Assembly: GCA_025201805.1 (NCBI GenBank) | Contig: MU619246.1 | Span: 237,627-301,626 of the forward strand | Length of the DNA stretch: 64,000 nt | Source: Parasitella parasitica NRRL 2501 | Lineage: Eukaryota > Fungi > Mucoromycota | Reading direction: 5' to 3' | Shown here: positions 50,010 through 63,391 of the stretch, one piece after another | Position numbering within the stretch: position 1 is the first letter of the stretch | Layout: every line of letters starts with the position of its first letter | Position numbers and translations under genes: made by a program | Notes under the pieces: model-generated | What the model saw: only the letters and a program-made list of their open reading frames with translations | Told to the model about the DNA's origin: nothing | The model's database searches: none

Positions 50010-51367
50010 TCAACAGGCTGAAAAATGATAGGAAACTGTATGCTGATTTGTATTTACAACGTCTAATGGATTGAGCGCTCCATCGAATTCCCAGTCGGAA
50101 ACTTTGGGCTTGGTTTCTTCTCTTGTCACATCGTCCATGATTGTATCAGGCCCTCTAATTTGTGCTTGTTCGTTCAGAGCAATTTTAATTTTTGTTAAAT
50201 GCGTTACATCCCCTCGAATGTTGATGGCAATGTATAAATCCAAAATTTGTTGAGAGACATCTATATATAAAAAAAAAAATTACCCGGTCAGCCGGTACTT
50301 TCCCATCTGCCGATTAGCGTTCAACGCAAACCTTCAATATCCTCCATGCGCGACAGGAAATGCTGGTCCCACGGCTCAGTCGTAGACAACCCTTGGAACG
50401 ACTCGTCCTCATCCTTTAGCAGCCGAGAAGCCAAGTAGATGCAACCGGCAGCAATTGTATGAGCTGGGTATTCTATACACACGATTGTTTTGTAGCTATC
50501 TACCGCCAACGAATACGCCTTCTTGGCTAGTTTTTTACTGTCAAGTGCAGGCTGAAAAGCTTTTACCAAAAAATGAGTCTCGAGTAAATTGAATTATGCA
50601 ACCGAAATGATCCCTTTCTACCTTGTATCCACTTTATAAACTTCACTACATACTCGTATGGGTGCCGCAGCTGGAAATCAAAGCATAGTGTCTCGAGCAG
50701 TAGTTTTTCGTAGTTGATGATTTTGCGTCTTCGTTCATCGGATATCTTGCAGGCAAACGTGAGTTCAATGCCTTTCCCTCTCTCCTGCGCACACTGCCCT
50801 TACCTGCTCTGGATCCAACTCCTTTTTATCCGGGTATTTCACACTGTGGACGGCTACAATGATGTCCTTTAGCTTTTTGAGTGTCTCTTCAATCTTGGAA
50901 GCGACAAATATGCATGTGACACTGATATCCTAGATAGAGCGCATCGGGTTTGTCAACTCGCTTGATTCGAACCACAACCGCCCTTCCCTACCTGAGGAGC
51001 ATAATCACGGATGGAATAGTACAGATAAAAGCGATGGTAGAGTGCTTGTGAGGTGCTGATCGTCTTTTGAGGGCTAAACATTGAGAGAGGATGAGTCTCT
51101 GGCACTGTTTTTTTTTTCTTTTTTTTAATCCACAACATACAAGCCTAGTTTCTTGCCAACGTCTTGAATAAATTTACAGTACGTGTGTCGTGCAATGTTC
51201 TCCTTTGCAGCAAAAGTGCCCGATTTCTTCAGGCTGAAAAGAGTAGCCAACTGCCTTTTGGTGAAATAGGGTTTGAATTGACGTTTGAACGAAATGCCAG
51301 TTGTTATGGCCGTCAAAGAGGAGGGCGTATTAGGTGTATTTGGTGCTAAAGGCGAAGATCCACTCAT
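50010..51367 (-). CDS. Transcriptional cyclin (cyclin K/T, Ctk2/Pch1-like)
   Basis: KFIQDVGKKLG, TSQALYHRFY, CIFVASKIEET, LETLCFDFQLRHPY and YPAHTIAAGCIYLA; multi-exon. Confidence 0.85.
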
Positions 51368-52071
51368 TCTCTCTTGAGGTTCTCTTTATCACAAGAACAA
51401 CCGAAAGAAGAAAAAAAAAAATTTGAGATTGGAACAAATGACAAAAAATTACATAGGACGGCAATTCAATAGGTAATGCTGTCTGCTCTCATTTGAGCGC
51501 CCCACGACCTCCTCAGGTCTTCCCATGTGAGCTCTATACCTTTGAAGGGTTAAGAGTGATCTTTAGTTGACGCTAATGCTCCTCTTGGAAACAGACAAAA
51601 AATTCATGACAAGATATATAGTAGAAATACATCTTGAATTTCTTTGAAATAAAAAAAATAAATTTCTACGACTGTAACTATGCACATTGAGAATGGCTTG
51701 ATCTCTTTAATGAGACTGATACATGTCAAATATCTGGGACAGGGATGTCAATCTTCCGACTGCAATTTCATGCAAACGAAACCCAAGACGTAGTGTTTTC
51801 TCTCGCGGCAACTAGACATGCGCTTAGAGCGCGAACGTCGCTGTCAGTAGCAGTAAAAGTACCCACACAAAACATCCTGAACTTTAATCAAGCGTCTTTG
51901 TCTGAACCTCAAGTGGGAACCTGGCTGGAATTTCCCGCCAGATTACTCATACATTTTAGAGCGGTGAGGTAGATGGCTCATAGGCAGAAACAATGTCTGT
52001 ATAAAAAATAAATTAACGTAATACACTTTCTCTCTCTCTCTTAAACTCTGTTTTTTTTTTCCCCCATTAAA

Positions 52072-53073
52072 ATGTCGTGTCCACAAGTACTTATTGTTGG
52101 TTGTATTGATTTTGCCACAGATATCTATGAAAGCTTGAAAAAAGAGCACTCTATCGAATATTACGCCTCTAAATCACGCAAAGCATTTATTGAAGATTGC
52201 TCAACCAAGTACAGGGATGTCTCCATCTTATACCGTTCTCCTGAATCACAGTCTGTTGTTGGTCCCTTTGATGCTGAACTTGTAGCGCATTTGCCCGCCT
52301 CTCTTAAATACATTGTCTACTGCGGTGCTGGCTATGACTCCATTGATGTCCACGCATGCGCAGATCGCAAAATCATGGTCTCGCACACGCCAATGGCTGT
52401 TGATGACGCGACCGCTGACATTGCTGCCATTTTGATTTTGAACTGCTGCAGAAATGTAATTGCTGCCAGCGACAACCTGCGTCAAGGCCGTTGGCGCAAT
52501 GGTGTTCGTATGGGTATCGACCCAGAAGGCAAAGTGCTGGGTATCTTGGGCGCTGGCGGTATTGGCCGTACTTTGGCTAAGCGTATGTCTGGGTTCGACC
52601 TCGCCAAGGTTCAATACCACAACCGTAGTCGTCTCAGTCCTGAATTGGAACAAGGCATGGAGTATGTTGATTTTGAGACGCTTTTGAAAACTTCAGATAT
52701 CATCTCAATACATTGCCCATTGAATGCCAGCACCACACACTTGATCAATTACAGAGAGTTTACTTTGATGAAAGATGGCGTTATTATTGTAAACACGGCT
52801 CGTGGCAAGGTCATCAATGAGGCTGCCCTTGTCAATGCTTTGGAGAGGGGTAAAGTGCTATCAGCCGGCTTGGATGTATTTGAGGAAGAGCCCAAGATCT
52901 CCCCTGGGTTGTTGGCTAATCCGCGCTGTGTCTTGCTGCCTCACATTGGAACGTTCACTAACGAGTCCCAATACAAGATGGAAAAGTTGGTTTTGGATAA
53001 TCTAGTTGCTGCCATCGAACAAGATACTTTGCTGACTCCTGTCCCTGAGCATAAGCAATATTTTATGAATTGA
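52072..53073 (+). CDS. D-isomer-specific 2-hydroxyacid dehydrogenase (glyoxylate/hydroxypyruvate reductase-like)
   Basis: GAGYDSIDV, GILGAGGIG, YHNRSR (NADPH-type), VNTARG, GLDVFEEEP and LLPHIG; intronless, 333 aa. Confidence 0.92.
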   Translation: MSCPQVLIVGCIDFATDIYESLKKEHSIEYYASKSRKAFIEDCSTKYRDVSILYRSPESQSVVGPFDAELVAHLPASLKYIVYCGAGYDSIDVHACADRKIMVSHTPMAVDDATADIAAILILNCCRNVIAASDNLRQGRWRNGVRMGIDPEGKVLGILGAGGIGRTLAKRMSGFDLAKVQYHNRSRLSPELEQGMEYVDFETLLKTSDIISIHCPLNASTTHLINYREFTLMKDGVIIVNTARGKVINEAALVNALERGKVLSAGLDVFEEEPKISPGLLANPRCVLLPHIGTFTNESQYKMEKLVLDNLVAAIEQDTLLTPVPEHKQYFMN

Positions 53074-53163
53074 ACAGTTGTTATACGCTTAATAATAAAT
53101 AAAGTACCAACTTTGTTGCATAACGATTTATTAAGAGAAAAAAAATTATAATTAGAAAAAAGT

Positions 53164-55508
53164 TTAAGGCTGATGATTCACATATTGTCGCATACGATCA
53201 AGCTCCTTGTGAACATCTTTTCTACTAATGGTGGGTCTTCTTGCAGAGCTACCTGTCAATGGTTGAGAACCGACAGAGGATTCGTCATCTATTCTAGCGG
53301 TGCTGTTAAGGTTAGACCCTCCTCCAAGTAAAGAAGCAGCAGTAGGCGACGAGCTGCCAGAAGAAGAGGATGTCTTTTTAACCAACAAAGATTGAAAGAA
53401 ATTGGCCAAAACTTCATGGGATGGGCCCCCGCTTCCAGCTACTCCGGCTTGACCAGTGCCTCCCATGGAAGGCATATTACTGTTATCGATAGGTGACAAT
53501 GGGGCATTTGATGCTGCTCCTACTCCTCCGCCGCTACCTAAGCTTGATGTCAAATTGGATAATTTTGCTGCTGTGGAAGTCGCACTAGAATTGTTTGTAT
53601 TTGAACTGGTGCTAGATGATAACTATTGCACGAATTGAGTATTTTATGGAAAACCAGGCATTACTGTGTGTATTTTGTACCTTGATATTTCCGTCAATAG
53701 AGGGAGAAGCTACTTCTTTATGTAAATCCATAGCCGATGACACTCCCAAGGGGCCTACAACGCTAGGCCTAGTCGTAGTAGTTGCGGTTGAAAGCGCACC
53801 TGTTCCTTTCCTGCCTGGTAACTCACTACCGTGCTGCAACGTCTCAAAATGCCTATCCAGGAACGCTTGTTCGTCTTCACAAGTGACGGGAGGCGGTACA
53901 TTTGTAAGCGGCTGTTCTGTGGAATTGGGATTAGTGATTGCCTCCTCGTAACTGCCGCGACATCCGTGAGCGCCAGGTTGTTGCCTGTCAGTTACAGCAT
54001 CCATGTCAGAGTCCCAGCCTTGATGTACGGCTTCACAATCAAAACCTTCTCTCAATACCCGCAATTTACCCCATGAATCCCAGCCTGCTGGTACGAGTAC
54101 AGAGTCTCGTTCAACAACTTGTGCCTTTAATTTGAAAGGATATGACTTTGTAGCTGTTGTTAATAATCGATGAAGGATATATTGACGTAGGTTGTGGAAG
54201 GTATAAGGTTGAAGCGTCGAGGTATAAAATAATGCAGCACCAACTAATTCATTCATGCAACACTATCAGCTTTTTTTTTTTTTTTTTTTTTTTTTNNNNN
54301 NNNNNTGCACTGATCATGGCAATTACGTCAAACTTACATTTCATGCATATACAACGCAGTGTTTGCTGGATGAAATCAAATTGTTCGTCTTTGTAGTCCA
54401 ATGTCTGTTCAAGCATATTCTGACTATCGCTCTACAAGCAACGTCAACTACCTGTTGCATATTTCGCACATGTCCGAACCTTACCTTGCAACAAACCACG
54501 AAGATGGGGATACCCAAGTTGTTGGTCAAAGTGCCTTGAGTTAAAGGCAGAGTGACTTGATCTGCAGAAGTCGTGGTAGTTACTAATGGAGTAGCAAATG
54601 TAGATGGTGTTGAAGGTACTGATCCAGTTGATGTAGATGCAGTCATATTACCAAATGCATTTAAAGGCACCGGTTCGGTGTATGTTTGAAGGTAATGTTC
54701 GACTTCAAACTAGGGCGTTAACGATGCGTTCTGCATACAAGCATATCTAGCCATACCTTTTTCTCGAAGATCGTCTACCACAGCCTTTCCTCGACTCCAC
54801 GACTCACCAGCACTTCCTTCCTTACATATCTCGTCAATACGGTGTTGCAATACGTCCATCCATCTTTGAAATGTTTCTAGAAACTCCCATGGACGCGTCC
54901 AGTCTAATACAATGATGACAGCTGAATCAGCCAGCGTATCGGCTCCAAGAGCAAACTTTAACAAGGGCATATATTCCACAGCTGAAAGGCCTAATTGATA
55001 AACACCCAGACGAGCAATGGCTGGAATATTTATTCAAACCGAATCAGATGTTGCTGCATAGAAAAAAAAAGCTGCATTTACCTTCATTGTCTTCATCTTG
55101 TACGTCTACAAAGTTGTAGCCTAGAGCCAATGACTTTGTAGCGTCGTCATCGAGATTATCAATAGGAAGAGGTATGTAATTACGACTACTACTAATGCCA
55201 AAAGTAGCTGATGCTGCTGTTGCTGGTTGGTCATTCTCATTTTGAATTATCTGAGGTCCAGGATCATTTTTTAAATAGTGAATTAGAGTCGATTTACCAC
55301 TGCCAGGATCACCTAAAATGTTTATTTATTTGATCAGTCCTATGCGCCTAGCAATGCGAATTATTTTTGTACCTAACACCAGTAGCTTTTTGGTTGGCAC
55401 CATCTTTGATGAAGCGACGCCTGTCAGGATAGTAGACCATATTTCATCTTTCTCAGCAGTCTGACTCCCTTGCTGTTGTCCAGCATTTGCGGGTGTGTTA
55501 ATTGTCAT
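53164..55508 (-). CDS. Cytoplasmic dynein light intermediate chain
   Basis: IWSTIL, LLVLGDPGSGKST, LGYNFVDV, VIIVLDWTRPW, LTNNLGIP, VPAGWDSWGKL and the C-terminal helix EVLANFFQSLL. Confidence 0.92.
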
Positions 55509-57774
55509 TTAACTAGTATGGAAAAAGTAAAAGGGAAAAAGAGAGAATACTAGCTTTCCGTTGAAAAAAAAAAAAAAAAACAAGTAATTGAGAAATACAT
55601 CCTGTGTTTGAAATGAAATTAATTCGTTCTTTACTTGATTGGCTCTGTAGCACGCTGTGGTGAAAGGGATTCAGCTGTTCAGGGCAGCACTCACAATTGA
55701 TATACAGTATACACAGAAAAAAAAAAGCGCTTATAGCATGCCACTTGTTCCGAGTAGAATTGGATATGTGAGCAAGAGCTTCCAGTGAAACAACCACCGC
55801 TTCCGATTAATTTCTTGGATCTGACATGCATGAATAATATCATTGCTGTGCTTGGCAATCAAGCGTATGTTCAATTACATACAACGTCTTGTCTACATTT
55901 ACTGGTATACAGTGTTGAAAATACATTTCTAATGTATCCACAATTACACTGGAAAGGACCCAGAATGCTCATGAAAGAGAATAAGGGCTGTCTTCGGAGC
56001 TTTACATGATAAAAAGAAATATGAGGTATAAGCCATGATCTTACAAGAGATGGACCAATTCAGTATAATAGACGTTCTCTCAAAATAAGGAGTAAAAAGA
56101 GTGTGTAAACATGATTGATATTATCAGGAAAAAGAAGCCCCACGCAATCGCTGAAATAAGAAAAAAATAAAAAAATAAACAAAGATGAGCATTGCATTTG
56201 TATCATTTGTCGCTACAAATTTATCTACCAATATTAAGGGGTAAGTAAAAAGTCTCAACTAGATATATGAATAACTTTATGATACTTACATTCAAGTTTA
56301 AACCAGTGGCTAACCTAAGAAGATACAGCCATGAAATCAGACGAGCCATTTGGTCGACTTGAGTATCAAAACACACAAAATGTGTTATTTACAATGGCTC
56401 AACCGTATGTTGTATACAAGACATAAAAATAAGCATTATCCAGCGAGACATAAAACAAAAGACACAATGCTATATTTAAAGGCAATGATCACCATAGTAG
56501 ATGAATCCAAGACAATCAAATGGCCGATCGTTTAGCCATATGTTCGTTTTTTCTATTTCTCGCCTGTAGATTATTTGTTTTGATAGATGGAATATACACT
56601 ATAAACACATGATCACTTTCTATAGCACGATAACCAGTCGTTTTGATTAAAAAATACAGAGATTATTAAAAACAAGGCAATCTACAGATTTGCAAACAAA
56701 ATGAGCATGGGAAACGGTGAGGAGGGATATATCAATAGATGGCGTCCAAATAATTGTCGTGTCAGTGTCGCAGTGTTAGGACAGCAAGTGTCTAATTTGA
56801 ATAAACAGCCATTTTTAGAATAATATAACATTTTATTTGATTCACGCTTGTGAGCTCTTCTAGAAAATCATCTTATATGAAAATAAATATATAGTGATCA
56901 CAACTCTAATATACCATTAAATGCAGGTTGAGTTGATCGATTATCAGTAAAACATCTATAACATTTGATCCGGTCGCTGACGTTTTTGAAATTGTCTTGT
57001 ATCAATGTCCATTAGCACATGCATTTCAGGATATTGGACACTTAATTTATTCAGTTAACACAGAAGATAAAACATTACTCGCAACTTGACAAGTTTCTAA
57101 ACAAACGGAAACAAAATATTATATTTAGAATGTTAAGTCAATAATATCTCGCAGGAAGATGACTTTTGGATTGCCAGGTACAGATTCCTCAAGAGACACC
57201 TGACACAACATCTTTTGAGGCTTTTAATGTTGCAATTTTACATTGGATAAAGTAATGATAGAGTAGATTCTCTGCATGGCAAATTCCGAAATGAACTATA
57301 TGCAGGCTCTGTTGTGCTACAGCTAATGAACAGTATCCACTAGATCATTTGGCAGCTCACTCTCGTATGAATTTTGAGAAGCGTTTGGTGACCAGCATGG
57401 GTGCAAGAAAAAAGGCCTATAAATAAGCTTTGAGAAGGTTGTAAATCTAACGGTACACTCAAATGAAGAGGCAGGAAGTTCAAATGTATTAGGATATATA
57501 GTCTTCACATTAGACAACTGTAGGTCTCTAGTGGGTTACTTGGTGCGGTAAACTCCATTGCCACACGATACGAGTATGTCTCCATGCTCTGCAAGCGTCA
57601 AACGGACAATGAACTTCAAAACAGCTAGAAAAAAAATTCTATTCTTGTCTGATGCGCTTAATTTAGCAGAGCTCAAGTTGATTTAACATGATAGTAACTG
57701 CGAATTGGCTAACAATGTAAAAGCGTGCAATGATTATGGGGCTTGACTTTGAGTTGCTGCTTCTGTTCTATACG

Positions 57775-57841
57775 TTGTTGTCGTTGCTGGTATTTTTGCT
57801 GTTGCTGCTGCCGCTGTTGTTGTTTGTTTGTTTGTTTGTTT
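57775..57841. repeat. Compound microsatellite (GTT/GCT, GTTT) upstream of the APSES gene
   Basis: Read directly from the sequence. Confidence 0.7.
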
Positions 57842-58391
57842 ATCTACTGATTCCGTAGCATAACAAGATATATTTATATTTACATTTAAGGGGAGCAATA
57901 GCTCCAAAGAAAGGGATTTGTTAGGTTGATAACGATATCATTAATATTTAGAGTTTGTATATACTCCTTAAAATAAAGAGAAGGTAAGTTGTCAGTTTAT
58001 GTTGTGTTGGACGATTTAAATAAAGGAGATCTTTGAAGAGGGAAAGCGCCAAAGGGATGTGTTTGTCTTGTGATAAGTAAAACAGCAGGTTAGTAAAAAA
58101 AAAAAAAGAACTCGAGAGAGTATTTGCTGCTCTTTTTGTTTCTTTGATCTGGCTCTCTTCTCTTTTGCTATATAGGCTTTCCCCTTGATTTAACCAATCA
58201 TCGTGATCGCCACCTCCATCATTATATATATACTAAACGTTACTTTGTATGTGTATAGTTTATACAAAAGAAACAGGATATTTGAAACGATCTATATAAC
58301 CCCTCTTGTTTTTGTTTCCCTTTTTCTTTTCTCTTTCTAACTCTTTACCTCCACTTTCACTTTCTTTATCCTTTCATTCCTCCTGTATAGC

Positions 58392-60252
58392 ATGGATAAC
58401 ATTTATCAGAGCCCACCTTACACTTACTTGCCTGCTGTTCCTAACACTACTGATTACCATCATCATCACCCACAGCAACAGCAACAGCACCATCAACATC
58501 AACATCACCACCAACATCACCATCACCAACCAAACATGTATCGCTCAGGTCACTCTTTCGACCGACCCTTTAGTATTGCCCCCCCAATGATAAACGATCA
58601 CAATTCAGCACTTGATTATTACCACCATCATCCTGCTGCACATCAGCAATTCCAATCCCCATCAGGTTATAGTAACTATGGCAACAACCACAATGTCGTT
58701 ATTACATCTCCCAGACCTAAGATTACTACCAATATTTGGGAAGATGAAGGTACAAATTGCTTTCAAGTAGATGCAAAAGGTATTTGCGTTGCACGTAGAC
58801 AAGGTAGGCTTTTTTTTTTTTCCTTTTTGTTTGTTTGTTTTAAATGTAAGTGTTTTTAATTTAACCTTTTTACTTTCTCGTATCAGATAATGATATGATC
58901 AACGGTACAAAGCTGCTTAACGTTGTTGGTATGTCACGAGGCAAACGCGACGGTATTCTCAAAAATGAAAAAGGTCGTGTTGTCGTAAAAGTAGGAGCAA
59001 TGCACCTTAAAGGCGTTTGGTAAAGTAAATCAAACTATATTAAATGACGGCATGTTTATTTATCTCGAATTTCATATCAGGATCCCTTTTGAAAGAGCAA
59101 GAGAGTTAGCTGCTAAATTTAAAATACTGGATGTCCTTTTCCCTTTGTTTGCTGATGAACCTTCAATTTACTTATGCAACCCCCCTATTGGTGGAGCACA
59201 ACTTGATCCAACTGAAATGATGCCTTCGAATGTTAATATCAATGCTGCTGCCGTCGCTGCTGTCAACAAGTGTAACATGGTATCATCCCCTGTACCTAAT
59301 AACCATGGTGGCTCTCCGGTCGGTATGCCTAATTGGGATAGACCTTCTTATAGTGCTTCTTTTCATTCTTCTCATTACGATGATCATCATCACTCTCAAC
59401 AGCAACAACAACAACAACAAACAGGTTAGTAACTAAAAAAAAAAAAAAAAAAATACAAAAATATAAAACTAAAAAAAAAAAAAAAAAACAAAACAATTGT
59501 TGATCATTGTTTACTCAACGTTATAATATTTAGCCTTACACAGAGCAAGTGTACCTGATTTGAGTTTGGCCAGTAATAGTCCTGTCCCCAGATCAACCCA
59601 TATCCATCATCAACATCACCCATATTATCACCACTCATCTCAACACCATGAAGAAAATGATATATACCTTTTGAATCAAAATCAAATCCAAAATACCAAC
59701 AATCCTTATGATTATTACCATCGTCAACTTAGTAACAATCATAACGATAATAGAGGCAGCTTTAGTAGCGTATCGAGCCACCACTCTATTCTCTATCCAT
59801 CTTTACAGCAACACCAAGAAGATGAAGCAAGTAAAACTTCGTCCGTAACAACACCTACTTCTTATAACTTTGATTACAATGGCAGATTCAAAAGCGACAA
59901 CATGACTTATTCAACGGTCGCTAATACTGCTTCCTCCCCTTATATCAAAGCATCGCCCTACACTATTCAATCTACGAGCAATAATAATAACACAGAAATC
60001 ACTCCTCCACCACCTGTAGCAAGAACTGGAAGTGCCGGATCTACTACGCCTTCTTCTTGGTTCTCTCCGGAAACTCCCACTGCTGCTGTATTTCAACAAA
60101 AAGACAAGGAAGATACACATGTCGGTAAGAAAAGAAAATCTTCGCTCTCAATCGAACCAACCACATTCAAGAGAAGAACTTCTGTTTTATCTTCTTCACC
60201 TAGCATTCGTGCAACAAGAAAACTCAAAGTTGAAGATTCTGCCGAGGATTAA
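58392..60252 (+). CDS. APSES transcription factor (StuA/Efg1/Sok2/Phd1 clade)
   Basis: [81 protein letters not shown]; 4 exons. Confidence 0.95.
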
Positions 60253-60700
60253 AAGGACCTTTATATCATATTAATATATATCCATACTCACACAATATAC
60301 ATAATACACAATTAAAATGCATGCATAATTCTATAGTCTTTTTTTTTTTTCTCTTTTTCTCAAACTCAAAAATAGCATTGTAGTAACAAATAAAAAAAAA
60401 AAAGTACCTTTTTTTATACATATATTCGGCCTAATGTTATATGATATGAGGTTAATGAATCATTATGTTGGTCTTATAAGCTTTTTTTTTTCGATTTCAG
60501 AAATGCGTCCAGCATTTGTAAAGTAGTGCAAATGAGTTATAACTCGAACATTATACCAAAAGAATACACAAAAGAGGGCAAATAAAAAGTGAAAGACCCC
60601 GGACGTCCGAAAGTAGCAATCAAAGTCTATTTTTATATCTATGCACAACAAAAGCATGCATGGATTTATGTAATAGAGCAGACAACAAATTAGAACCACT

Positions 60701-60750
60701 CTTCCCATAGCAACCAGGTACCAGAACAACCCGGTGCCATAGCAACCAGG
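60701..60750 (+). promoter_or_regulatory. Two tandem RFX-type X-box-like sites
   Basis: CCATAGCAACCAGG at 60705-60718 and 60737-60750; the second reads GGTGCCATAGCAAC, one mismatch from X-box GTTGCCATAGCAAC. Confidence 0.55.
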
Positions 60751-61762
60751 AACAAATAGCTGGGAAAGATTTCTTTCGAGAGTTTTTCCTTCATTGATAC
60801 CATTATAATCTTATATAAATGTGTGCAACATATGTAAAGCTCATTATATAATGATAGGCGCATTATATTATAATTTCAAATAACCCGCCTCATACGCCAT
60901 TTTTCTTTTCTTTTTGGGCTCGTAAAACATGCACAAAAAATGGAAAGGTCTGCCACCACATTATTTAAAAGGAGAAACAAAAAGTAAAATATCTATTTTT
61001 AAACTTTGTGTTGAAAGTGTCCTTTATTAGATGAGATTTTTCAACATAATTAGATTTAGCAATGCTTATAAATCAAGATTAACATCAAGTCGAGAACATT
61101 TTATTATTGTTTTCGCCACACAGGCAAGAAATAGACTAGGGAAAATTCTTTTTTTCTGATCTGTTCAATAATAAATAACGCAACATGCCACTCTATTTGT
61201 CTCTCAATATGGCAAACAGCACTTCCAAGAGTATACACACACGAGTAATTGAAATGATTGAGACGGCGATTACACTAGATTAATCGATTGAATGATATGC
61301 TTCTACGAAAAGTTTTCAAAATGGAAGACGCCTAGAGAAAATCAAAAATGTTAGTATAAAATAAAGGACCAACTTCTTTAGCATTTTCTATATAATATCA
61401 AGGTAGTATTGACAGCCTTTTTCCATTTATTTTTTAGTACAGTGCTTTTCACTAATTAAAGTTATTGTGGCGCATGGCTTGGCATTGTTACAAAAAAAGA
61501 GAATCAGGCTCGTGTTACAACCCTTTTGATGTACATTTTTTGTCCTTCCCCCGCCCCACTTCAATCCCTTCCTGGTTCTTTTTCTCTGTCTCTCTCCGCC
61601 TTTTCTTTCACTTTATTCCCACTTTTTTTTTTCTACTTTTTTCTTTTTATTATTGGACTGAAGGGCCTCTTTTCTTGTTTGGATATAGATATCATTTATA
61701 CTTAACTTATATATTTACATATTTCATTTTTTCTTTTATAACACTCGATTATACGCTTTTCA

Positions 61763-63391
61763 ATGATGACCTTGTCAAGTGAACCGCAACAGCAGCAACA
61801 ATTGAAGCCATGTACAACTTCACCTACATTGTCTACTATATTAAACAAAAAGCCAACACTATCATCATTGGATACACCAATGAAAGAATATTTACCAACT
61901 CCTGTTACACCTGCCTCGGATTTCCCTCATCAAATTCAACAGCAACATAATAAAAAAGATGCAACAGCGACAACACCTTCACCATCAGGTGTCTATAGTA
62001 CATTTTCAGTCATTAAACCGCCACAACCGCAACCACAACTACCACAATCTTCTAGTTCATCGACATCTACATCACCCAGAAACAATAGCAGTAACGCACA
62101 AACTACCACAACAGAAGCTAAACCTTACCCTTGTCCAGAATGTCATCAGACATTTAGCAGACCTCATAATTTGAAATCTCACCTTACGACACATTCATCC
62201 GAGAGACCTTTCCAGGTAAGAAAAAACCAGTCTATAATACAAGAATTTTATTAATTTAAATTATAATAGTGTGATGTGTGTAATCATCATTTTAGGAGAC
62301 ATCATGATCTCAAACGCCACCAAAAATTACATACTGGAGAGCGCCCTTATGTTTGCAAGGATTGTTTTCGTTCATTCGCAAGACTAGATGCATTGAATCG
62401 TCATCGTCGTGCGGAGGGTGGCACAGCTTGCAGTGCCGTACATCAACAACAACAACAGCAACATCAGCAGCAACAGCAACAGCAAAATCAACAGCAACAG
62501 CAACAGCAACAGCAACAACATCGCCATGAACGTGCTAATCATGAATCTGTGATTGTAGAAAAACCTACTCCTACCATGACTATCGCAATATCTACTACTA
62601 CCACTACTAACACTCTCCCTCCAACAAACGCCACCTTTCGTTCTAATAACAGTGGCGCTGTTACGACCTCACCACCACCACCACAATCACAGCAGCATGC
62701 TGCTAGTGCAACAACATCGCGTCCGAATATTCCTCAGCTACATATCCCTCATCCTGCCTCACATTTGTATCCTAAAGATTCTCCTATACCTCCAACACAT
62801 TCACCGCCAAAGCAACAATTACTGCCTTCTCCAAGCGCTTTATCTACATTACCAATCGCGAGTAGTAGTAATCTAACACCAATTTATCAACAGCAAACCA
62901 AAAGTTTACCCACAACACCATCATCACCACCAAAAAATAGCAGTAGTAGTAGATATCATCCTTATCAACAATGGTCGCCTTATCACCACAAACATCAACA
63001 GCGCCCAACATTACCCCCTCTCTCATCCCCTCCTCCGTTCCAACAACAAGAAATATCAAATTTCGAAAGACTGCAACAAGAAAATGAAGAGCTAAAACGT
63101 GACATTAATAACTTGAGAACAATGGCACAAAAAGAAGCAAACTCACTGAAATCTCGAGTACATGATCTAGAAGTCGAGGTAAATTTCTTTATTCTTTCCG
63201 TGCTGCATTATCGTATTAATTGGTTATTGTTCTAGAACAAAGTTTTGCGCTCGTTGATTCATAATCCTATTAATACCAACAACACAGTCCAAACAACAAC
63301 AGCAGCGGCAACATCTTCATCAGAACAGCACTGTCGTAGTAATAGTCAAAGTAGCAGTACTAGTGGCAGCATTCATAGCAACAATCACTAA
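61763..63391 (+). CDS. C2H2 zinc-finger transcription factor (three fingers, Crz1-like) with polyQ and a C-terminal zipper-like coiled coil
   Basis: CPECHQTFSRPHNLKSHLTTH / CDVCNHHFRRHHDLKRHQKLH TGERPY / CKDCFRSFARLDALNRH; 3 exons, stop TAA at 63389-63391. Confidence 0.9.

Noticed and set aside
53071-53110. Cryptic peroxisomal PTS1 by stop-codon read-through of the dehydrogenase
   Set aside because: Stop context is TGA ACA, not TGA CTA, and the extension does not end in an SKL-like tripeptide.
33623-54305. N runs at ~33623, 41929, 46864, 49937 and 54296
   Set aside because: Assembly gaps next to homopolymers; not biological.
55513-58300. Short ORFs in the 2.9-kb spacer between the DLIC and APSES genes
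   Set aside because: No coding signatures; long promoters are normal for developmental transcription factors.
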